This document shows positions 1 through 7,784 of a stretch of DNA of 8,545 nt, piece by piece. Source of the stretch: Azolla caroliniana (taxonomy: Eukaryota > Plantae > Polypodiophyta); NCBI GenBank assembly GCA_043228905.1, contig JBHGNT010001432.1, positions 1-8,545 of the forward strand, in the 5' to 3' direction. A program made the position numbers and the translations under genes. Under the pieces are notes generated by a model that saw only the letters and a list, made by a program, of their open reading frames with translations, had not been told where the DNA came from and searched no databases. Positions within the stretch are counted from its first letter, which is position 1. Each line of letters starts with the position of its first letter.

Positions 1-1848
1 AGAAGCGGACATGGCTTTTGAGAATCTTAAGAAGACATTTACATCGACTCCTATTCTAGCTCACCTTTATCCGGAAAGACCATTCATCATGGAAGTGGAC
101 GCATCAGATTTCACATTGGGTAGCATTCTGTCACAACAAGGCGATGATGAAAAACTCCATCCTGTGGCTTTCCACTCACTCAAGTTTGACACCGTTGAAA
201 TCAACTATCAAATGCATGATAAGGAGCTATTAGCAATAGTGGACTCTTTTACGCAATGGAGGCATTTTCTAGAGGGATACTCTCATCAAGTCATCATATT
301 TAGTGATCACAAAAACCTTGCCTACTTTCAGAGTGCTCGTGTGTTAAATCGACGTCAAGCTTGGTGGGCCCAATTCCTCATGCGTTTCGACTTCAAAATT
401 ACATATCGTCTGGGGAAGCACCAAGGGAAGGCAGATGCATTATCACGACATTCGTATCTAGCACCACGTACGGGTGAGCTAGCTTTCGATAACCAAAAGC
501 AAGTAATCTTGGGACCGACACGATTGCAAGCAACACAGATCTTCGGCATGCCCTTGGATTCCCACATTATCGATACCATACGTGAGGACTTGAAGACAGA
601 TGCTTTCGCCCAAGCCATTCTAGCACAAATTGATCCCTCTTGAACATCTTGTTCATAGTCGCAACAACCAAGTACGGACTATCGACAGTTCGAATGTCAT
701 GATGGATTACTATTTTTTAAGAAACTCTTGTATGTTCCTAATGGTTCTTGCCCCCTTCGAGTAGTCCATAATTGTTATGACACATATACAGTTGAGCATT
801 TTGGTAGTGCTAAGACATTAGATTTAGTACAATGATCATTTTGGTGGACTTGTATGCGACAATTTGTCGAAGATTCTGTTTGGACTTGTGATACATGTTG
901 TAGAGCAAAAATGCCAGGGAATCATCCATATGGTTTATTAGAACCATTACCAATTCCAAGCAAGCCGTGTCAATCCATTGCTCTAGATTTCATCACAGAT
1001 CTTCCAGTCTCCAAGGGATTCAATGCGATTTTAACAGTAGTAGATCGATATACGACGATGGCTCATTTCCTGCCATGTACTTAGGAAATCTCTAGTGAAG
1101 AAACCGCCAAAATTGTGATGCGTGAAGTATGTCGGCATCATGGCCTTCCTGATAATATCATCAGCAATTGTGGACCCTAGTTTGTCTCGAAATTCTGGAA
1201 GCACCTTTTGAAAATGCTTAAGGTCACTTGTAACCTCTCCTCCGACTACCGCCTGCAAACCGACGGCCAAGCAGAACGAACAAATCAAACACTGGAGCAG
1301 TATCTTTCGTGCTTTCTAAGCTATCATCAGGATGACTGGGCGGATATTCTCCACTTCGCCAAATTTGCCTATAATAACTTTGTCCACTCATCGACTAAAG
1401 TTACGCCATTTTATGCTTATATGGGTTGTCACCCCTTGTGGTGTGTATTTGAAACCCAGAGTTACCTACAAATCCTTGTGCAGAGGATCGTTTGGAGCGG
1501 TTACGTAAGATACAAGCAGATTTATCTACTCATCTACAACAAGCTCAACAAACACACAAGGTTTATGCAGATCGTCATCGGCTTCCATCCAGTTTTAACA
1601 TTGGAGATCGGGTATGGCTACTATAATGACACATCAAGACTACTCTTCCATGCGAGAAGTTGGATTATCGGTGATTAGGTCCTTTCCATATTATCGGAAA
1701 GATTAATGATGACACTTTTCATCTCGATCTACTCCCACAACTTTGCATACATCCGGTGTTTCATAGTTCTCTCCTCGAACCCTACCAAGACAACACCATC
1801 CTAGGACGTATTCCACGACCTCCACCCCCAATCGAACTTGAACATGGA

Positions 1849-2010
1849 CCTGAGTATGAGGTTGCCGCCATCCTCGATTCCAAGATTGTTCGCAACAAGC
1901 TCTACTATTTAGTCGATTGGCTAGGATATAGTCCCAATGAGTGTACTTGGGAACCAATAGAGAATGTGACCAATGCTTGTGCTCTTCTTGAAAACTTTCG
2001 TCAATATCCA
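1849..2010 (+). other. Chromodomain (group I type) at the integrase C-terminus
   Basis: PEYEVAAILDSKIVRNKLYYLVDWLGYSPNECTWEPIENV fits the YEVE.I...YLV.W.GY....TWEP consensus; the aromatic-cage Y/W/Y residues are retained. Confidence 0.92.
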
Positions 2011-2058
2011 GATAAACCAAGTCCTCAATCCAAAACGACTCGTGACACTCGTTGTTTT

Positions 2059-2071
2059 AAAGGGGGGATAG
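2059..2071 (+). promoter_or_regulatory. Polypurine tract of the chromovirus
   Basis: AAAGGGGGGATAG lies just after the chromodomain and directly before the LTR start TATCATGATA (inferred ancestral TGTCATGATA). Confidence 0.85.
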
Positions 2072-2086
2072 TATCATGATATAGCA

Positions 2087-2148
2087 AGACTCGAACCCAT
2101 GACCTTATGTTACATGGGTCGAGCTCTTGACCATTACGTTATCTATTA
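2087..2148 (-). promoter_or_regulatory. tRNA-like Pol III internal promoter (A box and B box), antisense within LTR U3
   Basis: Minus strand reads TAACGTAATGG (A box, 2141-2131), TCAAGAGC ... AAGGTCATG, then GGTTCGAGTCT (B box, 2097-2087). The boxes are 33 nt apart, as in tRNA genes. It does not fold into a complete cloverleaf. Confidence 0.5.
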
Positions 2149-2255
2149 TAATACGTAGGATATTATTTTTATTTAAGTTTTACTATAGAAAATTAATGTA
2201 TATTCCATATTTCTCTGGAACATTCTAGAAGCTTCAGGACTACTCCTGTGAACAC

Positions 2256-2262
2256 TATAAAA
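2256..2262 (+). promoter_or_regulatory. TATA box of the chromovirus LTR
   Basis: CACTATAAAAGGAGG, a typical plant LTR TATA context. Confidence 0.7.
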
Positions 2263-2385
2263 GGAGGCACAAGGCATTATTTCAAACCAAACCGTTTCAA
2301 CGCCCGTCTTAAGCCTCCTAGCCTTTCTTGTATATTCTTCTCACATAATATATCACTGTCATCATCATTTTCTCTCCCTTGATCT

Positions 2386-2394
2386 CTCACTCAC

Positions 2395-2432
<38 letters not shown>
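2386..2432 (+). repeat. Compound microsatellite: (CTCA)n followed by (TC)17
   Basis: Directly visible; the perfect TC run spans 2399-2432. Confidence 0.95.
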
Positions 2433-2434
<2 letters not shown>

Positions 2435-2787
2435 CTCATCTTTTTAGTTCTATATCTTCTTGGAAAGCTCTTTCAGAGAGCTTTCTAAAGAATGTTCATT
2501 TACTAAATTACGTTACCGTGGCGAGAAGTTATGAGCATTTTCATCCGCAACCATCTTTGCCCCACGGTTCCTCAAACGCAAGGTAGATTTTGAAGCCCTA
2601 AATCGAGTGAAAGGTACATTATCTCTCCTTCCCTCTCTATCTCCCTCTTCCCGTAGGGTTTGTCCCTACAATGGCAAATACTCGTAAAGCCGCCGCAAAG
2701 TTTGGGGGTATGATTGATAATGAGCCGAGATCACCAACAAATCTTGATTCCAATGCAATGGACAAAATGCTTATTGGAATCAAGATC

Positions 2788-2908
2788 TAAAGGTCAACCT
2801 TTTGCCAATCTAGAAGATGATATTGCTTATTTCAAATCCAAAGGGGAAGTTATTGTCTTTGGTGACATGAATGCTTGTACAAGAAATTTCCAACTTGATT
2901 CACAAGAA
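2788..2908 (+). repeat. Left arm of a 121-bp inverted repeat; LINE endonuclease fragment
   Basis: Matches the reverse complement of 3653-3773 at 117/121 positions. Encodes QPFANLEDDIAYFKSKGEVIVFGDMNACTR, with the APE GDxN motif at 2861-2872. Confidence 0.95.
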
Positions 2909-3803
2909 ACCATAAACATGCATGTGCTTTATCTTGCGTTTGGATAAATTGTTGAGTAACTTCCCATATTCTCCTCTTTCTTTGAATAAGCCTTTTATAC
3001 TCATGAAAATGATTTTGGTAATTCTGTTTATCCTCAACTACATCCAAAACCATAAGGCACTTTCGAGCTTCACGACATTCTTTATCAAACCATTTTTTCC
3101 TAAGTTTCTTGGTGCATTTCCAAGATGTGCGATTGGTCGAAAAACATTTGTTTGTACAAGAGAGAAAGATTTTCTTGAAAGCTTCCCATTTGCATTCTAG
3201 TGTGGCACCATGTTGTATCTTTGTCATTTGCAACATATCCTCAACCATCTTGGAATACATGAGTGCTCACTTAAGGTTCATGTTCAAGTGCGGTTGTTTA
3301 TTATCTTCAATAGCCTTCTCACAATCAAACCTATATGCACACATTTGACATCAATACATAAAGGCCTATGATCGGATTCCGGTGTCCATTCACCAAGTGA
3401 GAATTTATGTATACGATCCAAAATACCTTCGTAAAATAGCACATAGTCAATCACACTATTTCCATTGTGTTTTCTACATGTAAAACCATTAGTGTTGGGC
3501 TAGAAGGAAATACCATTTGCAATAAGCAATCCGGTACTATTGCACATTTGTAGGAGTAACTTCCCAAATTGGTCCAGATCTTTTTCATCACTAGAAGAGC
3601 GGCTATACATTTGCATATCCTCTTGCATCCTTGAGATATGTGGCATGAAAGATTCTTGTGAATCAAGTTGGAAACTTCTTGTACGAGCATTCATGTCATC
3701 AAAGACAATAACTTCCCCTTTGGATTTGAAATAAGCAATATCATCTTCTAGATTGGCAAAAGGTTGATCTTTATCCAAAAAAGCATAAAAGTTAGAATCT
3801 TGA
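2909..3803 (-). mobile_element. Non-LTR retrotransposon (LINE) ORF2 relic: APE-type endonuclease plus EN-RT linker; no RT domain or tail
   Basis: Minus-strand translation through stops gives VIVFDDMNARTR, FGKLLLQMCNSTGLLIANG, FTCRKHNGNSVIDYVL (SVIDY at 3457-3443), ESDHRPL (SDH at 3376-3368), then KWFDKECREA (WFDKEC at 3092-3075). It has a TAG stop at 3502-3500, a probable frameshift near 3340 and a further TGA. Confidence 0.88.
3653..3773 (-). repeat. Right arm of the 121-bp inverted repeat
   Basis: Reverse complement of 2788-2908 with 4 transition differences. Confidence 0.95.
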
Positions 3804-4051
3804 CGGTGGGTTGGATTCCACATATCTAAACCAAACGATCATTCACAAAGTTGTGTGAGATTCCCGAATCAAATAAAAATTGCACAGGAGATCCATTGAT
3901 ATACCTGTTTGCACGTAGTAAATCATTGGGTCCCAATACATAATGAGGGAACGAACATTTAAAATTATTTAAATGATGTGTATAGACCTAAAGGACATTA
4001 GCAATCTGACCTTTATGGTCTGCAACTTTTGTTTTGCCGTCGTGCTCTTTT
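3804..4051 (-). pseudogene. Ty3/gypsy gag-protease junction fragment (retropepsin active site), a second gypsy element
   Basis: Manual translation: KEHDGKTKVADHKGQIANVL*VYTHHLNNFKCSFPHYVLGPNDLLRANRYINGSPVQFLFDSGISHNFVNDRLV*ICGIQPT. ING.PV.FLFDSG.SHNFV is the gypsy aspartic-protease motif (DSG at 3870-3862). Confidence 0.85.
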
Positions 4052-4223
4052 TGTTGGAGGTTTCGACATTGGAGTCTGTGGGGTTCCGTGGTTTTTTCCC
4101 TAATAGGGCTTTCCACGTAAACATCCTGTAGTCTCATCTATGTAAGTGTACGAACCTCCATTTCTGTTTTGTTCTTTCAGAGAGTGTTTGAGTCTTGGTT
4201 GTGGCCGAGCGCTATTCCGTACA
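4052..4223 (+). repeat. 5' LTR of the copia element (172 bp)
   Basis: Starts TGTTGG exactly where the minus-strand gypsy reading stops and ends CCGTACA 3 nt before the PBS. Contains the stem CGTGG...CCCTAATAGGG...CCACG (4087-4117), of a kind seen in Tork-type U5 regions. Confidence 0.75.
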
Positions 4224-4226
4224 AAC

Positions 4227-4238
4227 TGGTATCAGAGC
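4227..4238 (+). promoter_or_regulatory. Primer-binding site for tRNA-iMet
   Basis: Exact TGGTATCAGAGC, the standard plant tRNA-iMet PBS. Confidence 0.95.
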
Positions 4239-4248
4239 GAACAAGAAA

Positions 4249-7200
4249 ATGGAAGAGTCATTCGGAAGCATGTTCAAGCTCACCGGCTCCAACTACCCAG
4301 TATGGAAGTCGAAGATGAGGGACATGCTCGTGGTCAAAGATCTCTGGCTGCCAGTACAGTTCGGGGAGAAGAAACTGGACAAGATCGATGCCACGACATG
4401 GGAGGTCATGCACATTAAGACGACGACATACAATAGATGCTTCATCGACATGAGCTTATACAACAACTTCAACGAAGAAAGCAAGGATCATGAACTCTAG
4501 GAGAAGGTAGGCATCATGTTCTAGAACAAGAATACCGTGAATCGAGTCTCGGTTTTCTGAAAGCTAGTGAGACTCAGATATCGAGACGGCTCTAGTATGG
4601 TGGAGCACATGAATGCCTTCTAGGGGCTCATAAATCAAGCCACCTCGTTGGAAGTACCTCTGGCCGATGAGGTACTTGCGTTGCTATTGCTCGGTTCTCT
4701 CCCAGATAGCTGGGAGACGCTAGTTGTCACTTTGGGTAACACCGGGCCGGAATGAAAGCAACTATCCCTAGCAAGAGTGAAGTGGAGCTTGCTAGATGAA
4801 GAGGCGCGTCAGAAAGACAAGGAAGTGATCTCCGACCAAAAAGCCTTGATTTCCGAATCTGACACACAACTAGGGAGAAACCGGTACCAGAGTCCCTAGA
4901 ACCAAGAAGAGTCGGGGACAAGGTCAAAGTCAAGGGGGATGCCTACTTGCTTCTATTGTGGGAAGCCAAGACACTTCCAGAAGAACTGTTAGCACTTCCG
5001 GAAAGAGAAAGGGACCGACATCACCGATTCGAAGAAGAGTTCGGAACGAAATGGTTCGGACCAGCGAGGTTCAGATCGGAAAGGAACGTCGATGATCTCG
5101 ACAAGTGAAGAAGAATTGCTGCTCAACACCTAGGAGAATGAGTTAAACCTTGTCAGCAATGAGACAACGTGGGTTGTCAATTCTGGAGCATCTTTCCACC
5201 TGACGCCGGATTGGAAATGTTTCGCATCCTACACTGCTAGAGATCACGGTCATGTCCATATGGGGAATGAAGGGTCATGCCGAATTATCAACATAGGATA
5301 TGTGTAGTTGACGAAATGGAACGAAATGGTTCGGACCAGCGAGGTTCAGATCGGAAAGGAACGTCGATGATCTCGACAAGTGAAGAAGAATTGATGCTCA
5401 ACACCTAGGAGAATGAGTTAAACCTTGTCAGCAATGAGACAACGTGGGTTGTCAATTCTGGAGCATCTTTCCACCTGACGCCAGATTGGAAATGTTTCGC
5501 ATCCTACACTACTAGAGATCACGGTCATGTCCATATGGGGAATGAAGGGTCATGCCGAATTATCAACATAGGATATGTGTAGTTGACGACATCAACCGGG
5601 TGCAAGCTGCTGAAGGATGTTTGACACATTCCGGAGGTACGGTTGAACCTGATAACAACTGGTCGGCTAGATGATGAAGGCTACATGGGTAGCATCTGGA
5701 ACGGAGTCATGAAATTCAGCAAAGGAATCTTGATTGTGGATCGAGCCTGGAAGATCAACACGTTGTACCTGATGCATGCCCGGAGATGCCGGGAAGAAGT
5801 GAACTAGCATCCGACAATGCTGGTGAGCTGTGGTACAAGAGACTGTGTCATATGAGCCAGAAGGGGATGAGAAGACTTGCCGAAGATAACCTCATTCCGG
5901 AGGTGAAAGACGTGCATCTTGAGAAGTGCATTTATCGCTTGGCTGGCAAGCAAAACTAAAACTCCTTCCGGTCAAGACCACCGATGAGACGGAATGCATC
6001 ACTGGAGTTGGTGCATACCAATGTGTGTCAAGTGGACACGAAGTCACATGCCGGATTGCACTACTTCGTGAGGTTCATAGACGACCATAGTCGGAAGATG
6101 TGGATCCTACCGTTGAAGACGAAGGATCAGGTGTTGTCCGTCTTCAAGGAGCTACACGTGAGAATGGAAAGGGAAACCGGGCGGAAGCTAAAGGTGGTTT
6201 GAGCAAATAACAAAGGTGAATACCGGGGGCAGTTCGAGGAGTATTGCTGGTCGAAGGGAATCTGACTCGAATTCATTGTGCCGAAGATGCCGGAATTGAA
6301 CGGGCTGACTAAACGGATGAACCAGACCATAATGGAGAGAGTCTGAAGCATGCTAGCACATGCAAAGTTATCCAAGACGTTTGGGCTAAGGCGCTGATGA
6401 TGGCAACGTACCTGATTAACAGATCACCCTCAACACCCTTGGAAGGAGATACACCACCGAGAGTATGGACCGATAAATATGTGTCTTACCGGCATCTGAC
6501 GGTGTTCGGGTGTCTCACATATGTGCATGTCGCAAAGGACAAGAAAGAAAAGTTGGACCCGAAGTCCCGACCATGCATATTCCTTGGATACGGCGATGAT
6601 GAGTTCGGTTACCAAGTGTGGGATCTGGTCGACAAGAAGGTGGTCCGGAGTCAGGACATAGTCTTCATGGAAGACAAGACCATTGCCGACTGGGAGTTGG
6701 AGAAGAAGAAAATGGACTTTGGATGAACCAACAAAAACCGGTTTGAGGACACAAGGACTTGGTTGAAAACCGAAAGTTAGCTAGTAACCGGATGACAATC
6801 GATGAACTGACCAGATTTGGACAAGAAACCGAACCGACTGAAGACGACAAAGAAGAAGACACCGGAACTGGACAAGGCCCCAAATCAGATTCGGATGAGG
6901 AGGAAATGGAGGAACCAATAGTTGGAAATCAAAGACAAAGATATCCTGTAAGAGAGAGAAGAGCCCCCTGGAGATTTCCGGATGTAGAGCATGTGTTGCT
7001 AACTGATGAAGGGGAGCCGGAAAGCTTCGAAGAAGCAAAGAAAGACACCCACAACCGCAAGTGGTTGAGTGCCATGCAGGATGATATGGATTCCCTGCAT
7101 GAGAAACTATACATAGGAGTTGACGGAGCTGTCGAAAGGAAAGAGGGCACTCCGGAACAAGTGGGTGTACAAACTGAAACTGGGAGATGCCGGAAATCCA

Positions 7201-7784
7201 CCAAGGTACAAAGCTCGAATCATGGTGAACGTGTTTCAACAAAAGAAAGGTGTGGATTTCGATGAGATCTTCGCCCCGGTTGTAAAGATGACCTCCATCT
7301 GAACGGTATTGAGCATAGCAGCAAGCATGGATCTCGAGGTTGAGCAGCTAGATGTCAATACAATGTTCCTTCATGGTGAACTCGAGGAAGAAATCTAAAT
7401 GCAACAACCAGAAGGATTTGAGAAGAAAGGGAAGGAGCACCTGGTGTGCCGGTTGAAGAAGAGCTTAGATGGATTGAAGCAAGCTCCCCGGCATTGGTAC
7501 CAGAAATTCGACTCCTTCATGACCGACCAAGGGTACCACAAGACGCAAGCCGATCATTGTGTATTTGTGAAGAACTTCGATGGAGGAGACTTCCAAATAC
7601 TCCTTCTGTACGTGGACGACATGCTGATCGTCGGACGCGACCAAATCAAGATCCGAATGCTGAAGAAGGCCCTGAACCAGACCTTCTCAATGAAAGATTT
7701 GGATCCGACAAGACAGATTTTGGGGATGCACATCATCCGGAACCGGTTGAAGAAGCTGTTGTGGCTGTCATAGGAGAAGTATGT
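4249..7784 (+). pseudogene. gag-pol: Copia gag-pol polyprotein pseudogene (Gag, CCHC knuckle, protease duplicated, integrase, truncated RT)
   Basis: Starts MEESFGSMFKLTGSNYPVWK. Motifs: LLLLGSLPDSWETL; CFYCGKPRHFQKNC (4948-4989); WVVNSGASFH; LWYKRLCH; LELVHTNVC; FIDDHSRK; YLINRSP; KLDPKSRPCIFLGY; WVYKLK; YKARI; GLKQAPRHW; LYVDDML (YVDD at 7609-7620). Stops include 4498, 4522, 4558, 4621, 4753, 4897 and 4990, plus frameshifts. Confidence 0.94.
5043..5589 (+). repeat. 272-bp direct tandem duplication (5043-5314 and 5318-5589; period 275) covering the copia protease
   Basis: The copies differ at 3 of 272 positions by manual alignment, with AAT between them. Confidence 0.97.

Larger units (their letters stand above)
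1..2079 (+). pseudogene. pol: Degenerate gypsy pol: RT-connection/RNase H, H2C2 zinc finger, DDE integrase, GPY/F motif, chromodomain
   Basis: Motifs EVDASDF..GSILSQ, HPVAFHS, HDKELLAI, SDHKNL (RNase H); CDTCCRAK; IALDFITDLP; TDGQAERTNQTLEQYL; LGPF. In-frame stops at 641-643, 833-835 and 1082-1084 among others, and a frame 2 to frame 1 shift near 1455. Confidence 0.93.
1..2620 (+). mobile_element. Ty3/gypsy chromovirus (Tcn1-like), 3' portion: pol remnant, PPT and 3' LTR; 5' part lies outside the window
   Basis: Domain order RNase H > integrase > chromodomain, then PPT AAAGGGGGGATAG and an LTR-like segment with a TATA box. The right boundary is uncertain (candidates 2361 or about 2618-2623). 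Confidence 0.9.
2072..2620 (+). repeat. 3' LTR of the chromovirus (left end firm, right end uncertain)
   Basis: Begins right after the PPT, with TA instead of canonical TG. AT-rich U3 and CTATAAAAGG TATA box. Possible ends are TATATCACTGTCA at 2349-2361 (near-complement of the start) or GGTACATTATC at about 2613-2623. No partner LTR is in the window. Confidence 0.6.
4052..7784 (+). mobile_element. Ty1/copia retrotransposon, Tork-like (Tnt1/Tto1-type), interrupted in RT
   Basis: LTR TGTTGG...CA, PBS TGGTATCAGAGC, then gag > protease > integrase > RT in copia order. Confidence 0.93.

Noticed and set aside
355-1288. Minus-strand ORFs 355-618 and 1031-1288 as genes
   Set aside because: They are antisense shadows of pol with no recognisable motifs.
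2075-2148. Functional tRNA gene
   Set aside because: The acceptor and anticodon stems do not pair and the T stem is mostly wobble pairs; only the promoter-like boxes remain.
2500-2620. Tf1-style self-priming PBS, implying a tandem element sharing the LTR
   Set aside because: Only a 6-nt match (TTTGAA/TTCAAA) to the presumed transcript start was found, and there is no tRNA PBS.
2583-2656. 5' UTR intron (AG/GTAGAT ... pyrimidine tract ... TAG)
   Set aside because: The signals are plausible but common, and they cannot be supported without transcripts.
2922-3734. Plus-strand ORFs 2922-3200, 3109-3348 and 3540-3734 as membrane or small proteins
   Set aside because: They are antisense to the A-rich LINE ORF2, which explains the hydrophobic bias.
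2788-3773. MITE or DNA transposon with 121-bp terminal inverted repeats
   Set aside because: There is no TSD, the arms are LINE coding sequence, and LINE homology continues past the right arm to about 3803.
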